This document shows, piece after piece, positions 38,388-48,535 of a stretch of 64,000 bases of DNA. The stretch is from contig CAWJQC010000007.1 of NCBI GenBank assembly GCA_963844965.1, positions 32,001-96,000 on the forward strand, in the 5' to 3' direction. The notes under the pieces are model-generated. The model was given only the letters and a program-made list of their open reading frames with translations. It was not told the DNA's origin and searched no databases. The translations under genes were made by a program, and so were the position numbers. Position 1 is the first letter of the stretch; the number at the start of each line of letters is the position of its first letter. This DNA is from an uncultured bacterium (GTDB lineage Bacteria; Patescibacteriota; Minisyncoccia; UBA6257; 2-01-FULL-56-20).

Positions 38388-38448
38388 TTTCTAGCCTCCT
38401 CGTACGAGTTAATTGATGCTAAATTTATTATATCGTCATATATACAAT

Positions 38449-38481
38449 AAAACAACCCCGACTTTGTGTCGGGGTTGTTTT
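38449..38481. terminator. Bidirectional hairpin terminator
   Basis: aaaacaaccccgac-tttg-tgtcggggttgtttt. Confidence 0.55.
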
Positions 38482-38499
38482 ATTGTCTCAAGCGGTAAA

Positions 38500-38805
38500 T
38501 TACCAACGTCCCTGTCCGCCGCCGTAACCGCCCCTGTCTCCGCGAGGAGCCCGGGGTTCTAACGGCCGCGCTTCGTTGACCGTGAGCGTGCGTCCGCCGA
38601 ATTCCTTTCCGTTCCACATTTCAATTGCCTTGTTTGCCTCATCGTCAGAGGACATCTCAACAAAGCCGAAGCCCTTGGAGCGGCCGGACATCTTGTCAAC
38701 GATTACCGTTGCCGAGGTGACCGTGCCGGCCTGGGCGAAGGCGTTTTGCAATTCGTCCTGCGTCGTAGAGTAGGGCAGACCGCCAACGTATAACTTCTTA
38801 GCCAT
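38500..38805 (-). CDS. RRM-type glycine-rich RNA-binding protein
   Basis: RNP2 LYVGGL, RNP1 KGFGFVEM; RGG/GGYGGG tail. Confidence 0.85.
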   Translation of the reverse strand: MAKKLYVGGLPYSTTQDELQNAFAQAGTVTSATVIVDKMSGRSKGFGFVEMSSDDEANKAIEMWNGKEFGGRTLTVNEARPLEPRAPRGDRGGYGGGQGRW

Positions 38806-39097
38806 TAATTAATAAATTAACTTCTAGCTTTTAGCTCAAAGCTTTTAGTAATTTTAGTCTTCTAAAACCTAACAGCTAACACCTAAAAACTATTTTCTTG
38901 TAAGGCGACCGATTTCTCTTTATTTCGCGCACACCTCGCACACAGTTTGCTGTTGCGCGGGGCATATCCACACCTTATTTGTGCGTAGATTCGCGTTTGC
39001 GAGAACACTTACAAACATATGTAGTATACACCAATATGAAAAATAAAGCAAGAGGCGGGCTTTTTAGGCTATTTGCTTCACGCCGCTACCTCGGGCG

Positions 39098-39589
39098 GTG
39101 TATACTTTTTGTATATATATGCCCAAAACCAGCGCGGGAATAATTTTATATCGCAAACGCGAGGGTGGATTGGAAGTTTTGCTTGTGCACCCAGGAGGAC
39201 CGTTTTGGGCTAAAAAAGATTCGGGCGCATGGAGCGTGCCGAAGGGGGAGATTGAATCCGGCGAGGACTTGCTATCCGCCGCCAAGCGGGAATTTGAAGA
39301 GGAACTGGGGTTTACGCCGCCGTCCGTAGAGCTCTTGCCACTCGGGACGATTATTCAGAAGGGCGGGAAGGTAGTTTATGCCTGGGCGATTGAAGGGGAT
39401 TGTGACGTCCGGGCGATAAGAAGCAACACTGTTAAGGTTGAATGGCCGCCGCACTCGGGAAGACTTCAAGAGTTTCCGGAAGTGGATCGCGCGGAGTTTT
39501 TCGGAATTGAAGAAGCGAAGAAAAAAATCAACCCGGCGCAGGTTGAGCTTCTGGAGAGAGCTGGAGAGAAAAAAGGATTAGGAGCGTAA
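39098..39589 (+). CDS. NUDIX hydrolase
   Basis: Nudix box GEIESGEDLLSAAKREFEEELG. Confidence 0.8.
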   Translation: MYTFCIYMPKTSAGIILYRKREGGLEVLLVHPGGPFWAKKDSGAWSVPKGEIESGEDLLSAAKREFEEELGFTPPSVELLPLGTIIQKGGKVVYAWAIEGDCDVRAIRSNTVKVEWPPHSGRLQEFPEVDRAEFFGIEEAKKKINPAQVELLERAGEKKGLGA

Positions 39590-39614
39590 TTTGTCGCCCC
39601 CCCTTATTTCTGTG

Positions 39615-40253
39615 TCATGCTCGGCCGAACAGCAGATAATCCTTCGGGAATATGTATTTTGTAATATGGAAAATACCGAAAGAGATAAAGAGTGCGGAGA
39701 AAACGTCTATGGAATAGTGAAGATGCCCTAAAAGGACGCTTGTGCCGCCGATCGCGGTTGAAAGAAGGAAGAAATACCTTGGAAGTTTTTCTTTCCAGAA
39801 GATGATCGCAAAGAGAAACGGCAAGCCGGTGTGCGCGGAGAAGAACAGATCGTCGCCGGAGCTCAGCTTGTGGAGAATTTCGGTCGGGTCTATATACGAT
39901 TGGGCAAGGGGAGGAGCAAGATGCGTGAGGACCATAAAAAGCGAGCGCACGAGCGTGAAAAGCGCCGCACCCTTCAAGACGAAGGGAATTCGCCGCGGTT
40001 CGTGGAGAAGCATTATCACGACTATGCATATAAAAATTAAAGCGCCCTCGTTGAAAACGAAGTCCACGTTTACTACTGGCAAATTGTCCAGAATGATATC
40101 CGTGACGGCGTTGCTCGCGCGAATGGTGGTGTAAATGTTGGCGTAATACGTCGCGACCAAACTTGCCGCAAGTAGCAGCAAGCCGAACAAAACCTGCCAA
40201 ATGAACGATTTATTTGGCCAAAGTAACTTGTGCTTTTGGAGAATTTCGCGCAT
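39615..40253 (-). CDS. PAP2-family membrane phosphatase
   Basis: Multi-TM; ..SAHTG.. and ..HYSIDV.. PAP2 motifs. Confidence 0.6.
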   Translation of the reverse strand: MREILQKHKLLWPNKSFIWQVLFGLLLLAASLVATYYANIYTTIRASNAVTDIILDNLPVVNVDFVFNEGALIFICIVVIMLLHEPRRIPFVLKGAALFTLVRSLFMVLTHLAPPLAQSYIDPTEILHKLSSGDDLFFSAHTGLPFLFAIIFWKEKLPRYFFLLSTAIGGTSVLLGHLHYSIDVFSALFISFGIFHITKYIFPKDYLLFGRA

Positions 40254-40336
40254 TTATCGCTTTGTTGCCGTCCCCGGCTGCTTGTATGGTAGTATACCAC
40301 TCCCGCGCACAGCGCGGGAGTGGTGGCTGGGGAAGA

Positions 40337-40813
40337 TTACTGCTGTGGGTTTGCTTGCTGTCCGGGATTACCTGCGGGGCTATTGGTCGGCCGTATTTGT
40401 ATTGACTGCGCGGTTACGCTGCCGTCGGAATTGGCCGTGCCGACAACGGTTACATTTTCTCCCGTCGTGAGGTCGTCAAGAGTGCCGTTCACCGATTTCG
40501 TTATGGGCGTGGAGTTTGAGACAAGGACTATTTTCGTGGAATTCCCGGAACTTGTAGAACTGCCATTGCTCAATTCCACGATTATGCTCTGGTTATCTTT
40601 GGAGATAATTTGTCCGGATACGAATCCGCCGCTATTTCCTCCGCCGGATCCACCGTTCCTCATCCTTCCTGTTCCAAACCCTTGGCCTCCTGCCGATGTG
40701 CCGCTAGACGGACTTTTAGTTCCGGTTTGCGACTTGCCATATATCATGCCGCCGTAAAACACGGCTATCACAACTATGAGTGCGCCGACGATTGTAATGA
40801 TGCGTTTTTTCAT
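40337..40813 (-). CDS. Secreted Gly/Ser-rich protein
   Basis: Signal anchor MKKRIITIVGALIVVIAV; GS-rich; short beta-rich domain. Confidence 0.5.
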   Translation of the reverse strand: MKKRIITIVGALIVVIAVFYGGMIYGKSQTGTKSPSSGTSAGGQGFGTGRMRNGGSGGGNSGGFVSGQIISKDNQSIIVELSNGSSTSSGNSTKIVLVSNSTPITKSVNGTLDDLTTGENVTVVGTANSDGSVTAQSIQIRPTNSPAGNPGQQANPQQ

Positions 40814-40895
40814 CTTACGGTTTTTATTTAAGCCACCCGACTAAGTGGCCGGTTTATTTGTGCTCAAGTGTTTTTTATCGGATTAGGTTCAGCGT

Positions 40896-42575
40896 CTATT
40901 TTCCGGCATTGAGCGCCGCCCGTGTCGCAGGGCCAACGTTGCCAAGTGGCTCAATGCCGTTGAGTGTTTGATATTTCTCAACAGCCGTTTCCGTGAGGGA
41001 GCCATAGTATCCCGTGATTGGTCCTGAATATATTCCTTCAGTAGTAAGCCGCTGTTGAAGTTCCGTGACATCCTGACCTGTGGAGCCGAGTGTCAGCGGA
41101 TTGAGGAATTTGTAAGTGGTAGCGGCGCTGTTGCTTTGCTGGGCTTGGGTTTGCAGTTGTGCAAGCTGGGTCTGCAATGCCTGAATTTGAGCTGTTAACG
41201 CGCTTGTGCCCGAAGCTTGAATTGTCGCGGTTGCTCCTGTCTGAACGGTGAATGGGGAAATAAAGAGCTGATTGCTGGTATTCCCGGAATAGTCGGTGAC
41301 CGTAATAGAGCAATTACTGTGTGTTCCGTCAGCCAAACTGTTAAAAATTATGTTATTCGTGCCAGCAATGGCGTTCGCCACAGAACCTGAGCAGTCCCCG
41401 CCGTAACGTATGATGCCGGCAACGTTTGAGACGAAGCCATAGCTTGGGTTTGCCGTCGTAACCACGCTTGGCACCGAAGTTACCACATAAATGAACGGCG
41501 CTGAGGAGTTAGTGTTGATTGTCCTCACCACGTCATAACCGGAAATGGGATAACTTGTGTTGCCGTTCTCGTCTGTCACCGTCACGCCGGTTATCTGAAG
41601 CGGTGTGGATTGGTTGGCTTGGCCACCTGCAACGATATAAGTGGCCGTGTATGTCGCTCCGCCGTCATTTGTATACCAAGAAAGGAGAACGCCATTGTAA
41701 TAGCCGGTTACTTTCGCGTTGGGCAGCGCCGTCCCGAGATGCAGGGTGAAGATGATTGAACCTCCCACGCTCAACACGCCTGCCGTCGTGGCGTCAGACG
41801 TGATATAACCGCTTATGGCCGCTGACGAATTCGTGCTGCCATAGATGTTTACCGTTGCCCGCCCGGAATTTCCTTGGGCATCCGTGAAGGAAACAATGAC
41901 GGGAATGGTTCCTTCCTGATCACCGCTTACTAATGTGTAGTTTACCGTGTACGGGCCGGAACCATTCCCGTTCACCGCGATCGTGTGGCCTAAAATGGTT
42001 ACGGTCGGATTCACCACGGTCTCGTTCGTGGTGAACGAAATTGTTACCATACTGCCGACGGTAGAGAAGGCGTTGTTTATATTATTGAAGTTTGCGGAAA
42101 ATGACTGAAGGATGGGCACGACGGCGCTTGTGACCTGAAATGTTCCGCCGGAGAAATAAGTTGTGTCGCTTATGCCGTAAACACCGCTGCCGATGTAGAG
42201 GTAGCCGGTCGCGCCAGGCTGGAACGGCGTGCCGTTGAAGGTAAGGGTGATGGTGTTCGTGCCGCTGCCGTTCACCGACATCAAAGCGGCTCCGGAAAGT
42301 GACCCCGTGAAGCCGCTGTAATCGCCGGGACTTGTAGCCACCGGCTCCGACCACAGAAGCGTTATCGTATTGGTACTTGTCACTTTCGCGCTTATAAGCG
42401 ACGGTCCCGCCGCGTAGACCGGATAGATGGGGGCGCTTAGCGCGATAATGCCCATGGCAAGGAAAATACTTAAGAAGGTGGACTTGTTTTTACTTGAAAC
42501 CATATTTGTTGTGTTTTTATTTTTAGTAATGGACTTTTTTTTGCAATCGTTCGACCAAACCCGCCGGAATTTCAA
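40896..42575 (-). CDS. Secreted multi-domain protein with C-terminal peptidoglycan-binding domain
   Basis: Ig-like/T-S-rich repeats, coiled coil QIQALQTQLAQLQ, C-terminal PG_binding_1-like ..GYYGSLTETAVEKYQTLNGIEP..; the likely start is the internal Met (MVSSKNKSTFLSIFLAMGII..) at 42503. Confidence 0.6.
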   Translation of the reverse strand: MKFRRVWSNDCKKKSITKNKNTTNMVSSKNKSTFLSIFLAMGIIALSAPIYPVYAAGPSLISAKVTSTNTITLLWSEPVATSPGDYSGFTGSLSGAALMSVNGSGTNTITLTFNGTPFQPGATGYLYIGSGVYGISDTTYFSGGTFQVTSAVVPILQSFSANFNNINNAFSTVGSMVTISFTTNETVVNPTVTILGHTIAVNGNGSGPYTVNYTLVSGDQEGTIPVIVSFTDAQGNSGRATVNIYGSTNSSAAISGYITSDATTAGVLSVGGSIIFTLHLGTALPNAKVTGYYNGVLLSWYTNDGGATYTATYIVAGGQANQSTPLQITGVTVTDENGNTSYPISGYDVVRTINTNSSAPFIYVVTSVPSVVTTANPSYGFVSNVAGIIRYGGDCSGSVANAIAGTNNIIFNSLADGTHSNCSITVTDYSGNTSNQLFISPFTVQTGATATIQASGTSALTAQIQALQTQLAQLQTQAQQSNSAATTYKFLNPLTLGSTGQDVTELQQRLTTEGIYSGPITGYYGSLTETAVEKYQTLNGIEPLGNVGPATRAALNAGK

Positions 42576-42599
42576 ATAAATTGGGCGGGCAAACGATTT

Positions 42600-43838
42600 T
42601 TATTCATATCTCAGGGCCTCTATGGGATTGAGGCCGGCCGCGCGGCGGGCGGGATAATATCCGAAAACGATTCCCGTTAGCGCCGACACGCCTACGGCCA
42701 GGAAGACCGACCACCAAGAAACGCTCGTGGTAATGCTTGCGAATCTGGTTATCAGGAATGAAACTATCCAGCCGAGTATCACCCCCACAATGCCGCCGAC
42801 AAACGTGAGCATCACGGATTCCAGCAAAAACTGTATGCTTATGTCCCTTTTTTTCGCGCCAATTGCTTTGCGCAGCCCTATTTCCCTCGTCCTTTCGGTC
42901 ACGGTCGTGAGCATCATGTTCATGATCCCTATGCCGCCGACGATAAGTGAAATTCCGGCGATGGAAGCGAGAAGCATGGTGAACGTATTCGTAACGCTTG
43001 AGGCCGTGGCGACAATGTCCGATTGAGTTTGAACGGTGAAATCCGCTTGCGAAGAATCGGAAATGTTATGCCTGCCCAAAAGCAGATCGGTGATCTCGTT
43101 CTGCACTTGTGAAATTGAATTCTGGTCTTGCGCCTGGACGTCTACTTCGGAAACGTAGGACGTGCTTCCCAAAAGATAATGTTGGCCCGTTGTAAGCGGG
43201 ACATAGATGACGTTGTCCTGATTGCCGAATCCGGTGCCGCCTTTGGATACAGTGACGCCGACAACCTTGAAGTTAATGCTTTTTATCCTGATGGTATTTC
43301 CGATCGCCTCGTCCGGAGTAGCGGTGGCATTTACGCCAAAGAGGTCTTGCAGGACCGTAGGACCAATAACCGCAATCTTGTCGGATTTTGTCACGTCCGC
43401 ATCCGTGATAAAAGCGCCCTGATCGATTGCCACGTTGCGTACTTGTGTATACGCCGGGACAGTTCCCACAACGCTTGTGTTGGTGTTCGCACCCTTGTAG
43501 ATAACTTGGTATCTGCCGCTGATTTGGGAGCCGTCGCTTCCACGCCGCTCAGCCCTGCGATCGCGTCTGCGTCGTCCGGCGTCAAGGTTTGCGCGCTTCC
43601 TTGCCCTGCCCGCACACCGTAGCCCAAAGTTCTTTGTTGCCCCGGAGTTACCATTAGAAGATTTGATCCAATTGATTGGATTCGCGCGGTGATCGAATCC
43701 TTGCGCACCTTGGCCGATGGAAACCATGGCGATGACGGAGCCGATGCCGATTACGATGCCCAATATTGTGAGGCCCGACCGCACCTTGTTCACCGTTATG
43801 GCGGACGAGGCCTCGTGAAATAGTTCGGAGATGATCAT
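42600..43838 (-). CDS. MacB/FtsX-family ABC transporter permease, with a ~190-nt internal segment in the wrong frame
   Basis: N-terminal TM and 3 C-terminal TMs typical of MacB. Between ~43698 and ~43510 the MacB-like sequence (..DSITARIQSIGSNLLMVTPGQ..EATAPKSAAD..) is in the -1 frame (ORF 43391-43708), while the long ORF reads an Arg-rich nonsense stretch. Confidence 0.65.
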   Translation of the reverse strand: MIISELFHEASSAITVNKVRSGLTILGIVIGIGSVIAMVSIGQGAQGFDHRANPINWIKSSNGNSGATKNFGLRCAGRARKRANLDAGRRRRDRRAERRGSDGSQISGRYQVIYKGANTNTSVVGTVPAYTQVRNVAIDQGAFITDADVTKSDKIAVIGPTVLQDLFGVNATATPDEAIGNTIRIKSINFKVVGVTVSKGGTGFGNQDNVIYVPLTTGQHYLLGSTSYVSEVDVQAQDQNSISQVQNEITDLLLGRHNISDSSQADFTVQTQSDIVATASSVTNTFTMLLASIAGISLIVGGIGIMNMMLTTVTERTREIGLRKAIGAKKRDISIQFLLESVMLTFVGGIVGVILGWIVSFLITRFASITTSVSWWSVFLAVGVSALTGIVFGYYPARRAAGLNPIEALRYE

Positions 43839-44548
43839 TGATGGTTAACGTGAACAATGCGGCGGTCGTGACTTTTGCCGTCTGTGGCTATTTCGCCGTC
43901 GAGTATGTGAATTATGCGTTCGGCGTGTTCGGCGATGTATTTTTCGTGCGTGATGAGCACGATGGTGCGTCCTTCTTCGTGCAGGTTCTGGAATGTGTCA
44001 ATGACTATTTCGCCGGTTTTTGAATCAAGATTGCCGGTCGGTTCGTCAGCTAAGATAAGCGTCGGATTATTCACGAGCGCCCGGGCAATGGCTACTCTCT
44101 GCATTTGTCCTCCCGATAGCTGATTTGAATGGTGTTGCCACCATGCTTCGGGCAGGGCCGCACCTCTAAGTGCGCGCTTCGCCTCCTCCTCCCTTTTCTC
44201 TTTCGCCGCGCCGGCGTAAATGAGGGGCAGCATTACGTTGCGGAATACCGTAGCGCGGGGCAATAGATTGAATTGCTGGAATACGAAACCTATTTTTTCG
44301 TTGCGGATGTCGGCGAGCTCGTCTTCGGAGAACTTTGAAACGTCTTTTCCATCGAGAAGATATTCTCCGCTCGTCGGCGTATCAAGAGCTCCCAGGATAT
44401 GCATCAGGGTTGACTTGCCGGAACCGGAAGGTCCCATAATCGAAACAAATTCCCCGTCTTTTATGGTGAAAGAAATGTTTTTCAGCGCCACCGTTTCAAC
44501 ATCGTCGCCGATTTTATATATTTTCGTGATGTTGCGCAGTTCGATCAT
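43835..44548 (-). CDS. ABC transporter ATP-binding protein (MacB/LolD-type)
   Basis: GPSGSGKSTL, LSGGQMQRVAIARAL, ILADEPTGNLD. Confidence 0.9.
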   Translation of the reverse strand: MIELRNITKIYKIGDDVETVALKNISFTIKDGEFVSIMGPSGSGKSTLMHILGALDTPTSGEYLLDGKDVSKFSEDELADIRNEKIGFVFQQFNLLPRATVFRNVMLPLIYAGAAKEKREEEAKRALRGAALPEAWWQHHSNQLSGGQMQRVAIARALVNNPTLILADEPTGNLDSKTGEIVIDTFQNLHEEGRTIVLITHEKYIAEHAERIIHILDGEIATDGKSHDRRIVHVNHQ

Positions 44549-44580
44549 TGTGATTTAGCCGCCGCCAGATCTACCGCCGC

Positions 44581-46278
44581 CTATGAGTATCCCGCCCCCT
44601 CCCCCAAGACCCGGAAGTCTGGTTCCCCTCCGCCCGTAGTAGCTTGCGAAGTGCCAGAAGTTATGGTTTGCGTAACGACGGCGTCTCCTTCGTTCAGGCC
44701 TGAAACTATTTCCGTCATCGTGTCGTTCGATAGGCCGACGGTTACCTCCTGTTGTTTCGGCTTACCGTCTGACCCTAGGACGCTCACATGCGAAGTTCCT
44801 TGTTTTGTCGTAACGGCAGAATTTGGCACAAGAAGCACGCCTGATTTTACGTTTGTGATAATGTTAACCGTGTCGCTCATGCTGGGTTTTACGTCCGAAG
44901 TGGAATTGTCCAGCACGATTTGCACGCCGTAGCTCACAACTCCCTGAGATACGGTTCCTACCGGATCAACCTCCGAAACTTTTCCAGTAAAGGTAACGTC
45001 CGGCAGTGCGTCAAGCGTTATTGTGGTCTCCTGCCCGACTTTTACGTTGACTATGTCGGTCTCGTTGAATGTCGCCTGCGCGAATTTCTGGTCGGAAACG
45101 ATTGTTGCGACGGCGCCGCTTGCCGTATCGCCGACTTTCACGCTGACCGAAGCAATGGTGCCGTCAAACGGTGCAACGATCGTGTAGTAACTCAAATCAT
45201 TTTGCAGGTCAACAAGATTTTGCTCCTCGGTTATAAGATTGTTATTAGCGATCTGAAGGCTTATTGGATTGTCGCCGTTGGGATTGCCGACCTGGAGTAG
45301 CGCGATGTTCTGCTTGTCGGCTGTAATCGTCTGCTTGTCTGTATCGATCGTGTTTTTCTGGGACAAGAGAGCGCTCAGGTCGTTATTCACCGTCGACAAA
45401 TAGTTCCGCGTATTTGTCTGCAGCGTATTTACCGCCGTCGGGAGGTAACGATTATACTGAGTCGCGAGATCGTTCGCCGCCCCAAGTAGATTCAACTCGT
45501 CCTGTAATGTTTGCGCAACGTCAGTCGCCATATCAATCGATTGTTCAAGTATGGTTTCAATCTGGTCGCCGCTCGAATTCCGACTTAATTGTTTATAGGC
45601 AATAACGCTCGGGTCATATTCTGCAGTCGCGGTCGCGTAGCTACTTTTTGCGCTGTCTGCAAGTGTTTCCATTGTTGATGTGGTTTTGTCGCTGAATAAG
45701 TTGATAAGTGTGTCTACGTTCCACTGGCTGGCCTTCGGGTTGATGTCTGTGCCATAGAGGACGTCTTGCATGCCGGTCATGACGTTTGGCAGGTCCAAGT
45801 AGGTGTTCGATAGCGTGTTGAACGCATCGTTATATTGGGTTTGCAAATTATCTTGATCGGTGGTGAGGGTATCAAGCGCTTTTTGGTAATCGATCGGGGC
45901 CTGAGCCGTACTTTGCTGGAGTTGGAGCTTTGCTGTTACGAGGGATTGCTTTGCGTTTGCAACTGCCTGTTGCGCATCGGTGTCATCCATCTTCATTATC
46001 GCCTGATTGGCTTTGACCTTGTCGCCCGCGCTTACCCCTATCCACGTTATCTCTCCGGCAACCTGCGCTTTTATGTCAATTTGGTACAAGGCCGCGATCT
46101 GCCCGCTGCCCGAAACAGAAACGACAAGCGTTCCTTTCTGGGCCTTAGTTGTGACGTATTGCAACTTAGTGGAAGTGCCACCTCTGATTGCGCCGTAGGC
46201 GTAGTAGGCGGCGATAATGATAACGATTGCTGCTATAACGAGAAATTTTTTATTTGTTAATATCTTTTTCATGTTCAA
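44581..46278 (-). CDS. Periplasmic adaptor / membrane fusion protein (HlyD/MacA-like) with a long coiled coil
   Basis: N-terminal TM, biotinyl/lipoyl-like hairpin, ~250-aa coiled coil, beta-barrel C-terminus. Confidence 0.7.
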   Translation of the reverse strand: MNMKKILTNKKFLVIAAIVIIIAAYYAYGAIRGGTSTKLQYVTTKAQKGTLVVSVSGSGQIAALYQIDIKAQVAGEITWIGVSAGDKVKANQAIMKMDDTDAQQAVANAKQSLVTAKLQLQQSTAQAPIDYQKALDTLTTDQDNLQTQYNDAFNTLSNTYLDLPNVMTGMQDVLYGTDINPKASQWNVDTLINLFSDKTTSTMETLADSAKSSYATATAEYDPSVIAYKQLSRNSSGDQIETILEQSIDMATDVAQTLQDELNLLGAANDLATQYNRYLPTAVNTLQTNTRNYLSTVNNDLSALLSQKNTIDTDKQTITADKQNIALLQVGNPNGDNPISLQIANNNLITEEQNLVDLQNDLSYYTIVAPFDGTIASVSVKVGDTASGAVATIVSDQKFAQATFNETDIVNVKVGQETTITLDALPDVTFTGKVSEVDPVGTVSQGVVSYGVQIVLDNSTSDVKPSMSDTVNIITNVKSGVLLVPNSAVTTKQGTSHVSVLGSDGKPKQQEVTVGLSNDTMTEIVSGLNEGDAVVTQTITSGTSQATTGGGEPDFRVLGEGAGYS

Positions 46279-46339
46279 TAAAATTCAATATTTAAATATT
46301 AATTAATTTATTACCGCAGAATACGTATGAAACTTGCTT

Positions 46340-46789
46340 CTATTTGGCCGCTTTCGTCCGGAGAGCCGATGACAACGACCGGGTCACCGGTTTTAAAATC
46401 AGCAATCTGGATTTCTTCACCGCCTTCACGCATGATTGTAGAAGGAAGGATGGTTGCGGTCCTCTCGATCCGTCTTGGCCGCTTATGGCTATGCTGGAAC
46501 TCGTTGTGTTTAGAACCGTGCCGAAAGCGCCGTGCGCATTTATGGGGCCAGGGTTTGGAGGAGTTCCTGGGGCGCCTATAAATCCTGGGCCTGCTGGAAT
46601 TCCTAATATGTTATGACGTTCTCCTCCGAAATTGCGGCCATAGTTCTCTCCCCAGGCGTACGAAAACCGCGCCTTGTTATAGCCAACCAAAATCCCTGCG
46701 CCGAAAGATATTAAAACTATAATAAGCAGGCCGACGCCGATGACGATTCTCTTGAAAAGTTTTGATTGGAGAAAATTATTGTAGTTCAT
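46340..46789 (-). CDS. Hypothetical membrane/secreted protein
   Basis: TM anchor, Gly/Pro-rich; possibly co-transcribed with the sigma/anti-sigma pair. Confidence 0.4.
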   Translation of the reverse strand: MNYNNFLQSKLFKRIVIGVGLLIIVLISFGAGILVGYNKARFSYAWGENYGRNFGGERHNILGIPAGPGFIGAPGTPPNPGPINAHGAFGTVLNTTSSSIAISGQDGSRGPQPSFLLQSCVKAVKKSRLLILKPVTRSLSSALRTKAAK

Positions 46790-46792
46790 CGC

Positions 46793-47221
46793 TTAGTTGC
46801 TCTTTACAAGTTTTGAGAACGAGAAGGTGTCGCTCGCGTATTTGGCGGCATATTTGAGCGACTCAAGGAGGACGAGAAGTGTAGTCAGGAAAACTGCCAG
46901 GTAAACAACGGGGAGTGACTCCAGGAGGAACGAACCGAAGTCCAACCAATTGGCCGCGATTGACAGAGGGTCGGAGACGATAAGCGAAAGGAGTTTGAAT
47001 ATTTGTGACTCCGCAAGCGCACCCTCCAGCGATAAGAACGCGGCCAAAAAAGCGATTGCCGAACCGAAAAGCGCGAAAACGAAAAATACCGTTCTCTTTC
47101 GAACCACTTCAAATTTTTTCTCGGCGCGTATGCGGTTCATTATCTTGCCACAAAGACAAGAAGGCGGCGTCGCCGCTTCCTTGTTGTCAAGGAAAATATC
47201 AGTTTTATCGCCTTGTTCCAT
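46793..47221 (-). CDS. Putative anti-sigma factor (zinc-finger N-terminus, TM helices)
   Basis: CLCG.. N-terminus, hydrophobic segments; immediately downstream of the ECF sigma gene. Confidence 0.4.
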   Translation of the reverse strand: MEQGDKTDIFLDNKEAATPPSCLCGKIMNRIRAEKKFEVVRKRTVFFVFALFGSAIAFLAAFLSLEGALAESQIFKLLSLIVSDPLSIAANWLDFGSFLLESLPVVYLAVFLTTLLVLLESLKYAAKYASDTFSFSKLVKSN

Positions 47222-47256
47222 AACAATAATACGGCGGGACCGGCGTTTTTGGTGCG

Positions 47257-47880
47257 TTAATCCTCGTTTTCCGGCGCTTTGGCGTAGCTGCGCAAAAGAT
47301 GGATGGCGCGCCAGTAATGGCTTTTGACTGTGTTCAGCGGTTTCTTTAATTTTTTGGCTATTTCCTTGAACGTTAGATATTCTTTGTTCCGCATCGTTAT
47401 TACCGCTTGGTAGTGTTCCGGCAAACTGTTGGCGGCCGCATTCACTTTCTCGGCGGCCATCTTAATGTCCAGTGTGGCGTCGGGCAGGGCAAGCGAATCG
47501 GCCACTTCAAGAATCGGATTTTCGTTTTCTTCTCTGGTCGCGAGCGAAGAGAACGGCAAGGCCCCGCGCTTCTTCAGCCAATCAAGCGCCGTGTTTTTGG
47601 CGATGGCGTAGAGCCACGGTTTGAATTGTTTTGTCCGGTCAAATTTTTTCAGATTGCGCCAGACCTTGATGAATGTTTCCTGCGCGATATCGGCGGCTTT
47701 GTCGGTGTCGCCGGTATAGCGCCGCGAAAAACCATAAATCAACGGTAGGTATCTTTTAATAAGAACCTCCAAAGCCGTTTCATCGCCTTTGCGCGATAAG
47801 AGAATAAGTTCTTCGTCTTTTAGATTTTCCAAATTATTCATGCCTACAGTGTCCATTTTAGCACAACCAAAAGAAATCAC
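47257..47880 (-). CDS. ECF-type sigma-70 factor
   Basis: Region 2 (..YLPLIYGFSRRY..ETFIKVWRNLKKFD) and region 4 HTH (LTFKEIAKKLKKPLNTVKSHYWRAIHLLR). Confidence 0.8.
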   Translation of the reverse strand: MISFGCAKMDTVGMNNLENLKDEELILLSRKGDETALEVLIKRYLPLIYGFSRRYTGDTDKAADIAQETFIKVWRNLKKFDRTKQFKPWLYAIAKNTALDWLKKRGALPFSSLATREENENPILEVADSLALPDATLDIKMAAEKVNAAANSLPEHYQAVITMRNKEYLTFKEIAKKLKKPLNTVKSHYWRAIHLLRSYAKAPENED

Positions 47881-48136
47881 GCAAGCTCAGTATGGTTGTT
47901 TGTGGTGTTTTTGGAGGTTTATCTAAACATAGACGTTAAATTATGAATAATATCTGAAGAATCATGGGCATGGGTATGACGCATTTCGGGCGTTTACACG
48001 AATCCCGGAAAGAAATCGGTTTTGATTCGTCGCCTTTCTAACCCAATGTTTTTTGATACTTCTTCAAATGCGACGACCATGGAGCGCGGGCCCGAGGGGT
48101 AGAACATTCTTTTCCGATAGTCCGGGATTTCTTTTT

Positions 48137-48535
48137 CTAATTCCAGTTTAGGGCCGTTATGGTGAGTTGCAACACTGTCGCGAATAAGACCCAGAGGAGG
48201 TACGGAATATTTACGAGGGCGATCCAATTCGCGTAGGGATAGATCGCGGCGATTGTCCAGACAAGTGTAGCGAGTACGAGGAGAATGTCGATTGCCGCCA
48301 GGATATTATTTCGCAGGCCGAATTGGATCGGCGCGAAGGCAAGATTGGAAACGAGATTCAGGGCGAACGGCAGAGCCGTTATCTTTGGCAATTGGCCCTC
48401 TGCGATTTTATAGAATGTCGCGCCAAAAGAAACAGCGATAATCGCGTAGAGTACTGTCCAGACCGGCCCGAAGAGCCAGGCGGGCGGAGCCCACGACGGC
48501 TTCGTTAATGTTTGATACCAAGCGTAAGCGCTCAC
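48137..48535 (-). CDS. TspO/MBR tryptophan-rich sensory protein
   Basis: W..L.KPSWAPP..FGPVWTVLY signature; 5 TM. Confidence 0.75.
   Translation of the reverse strand: MSAYAWYQTLTKPSWAPPAWLFGPVWTVLYAIIAVSFGATFYKIAEGQLPKITALPFALNLVSNLAFAPIQFGLRNNILAAIDILLVLATLVWTIAAIYPYANWIALVNIPYLLWVLFATVLQLTITALNWN

Noticed and set aside
37852-38394. 180-aa plus-strand ORF
   Set aside because: It overlaps two strong bidirectional terminator hairpins and a plausible small minus-strand gene. It has no motifs and atypical composition
47994-48227. 77-aa minus-strand ORF between the ECF sigma gene and TspO
   Set aside because: It is short with no motif and partly overlaps the TspO C-terminus. It could be real but is unsupported
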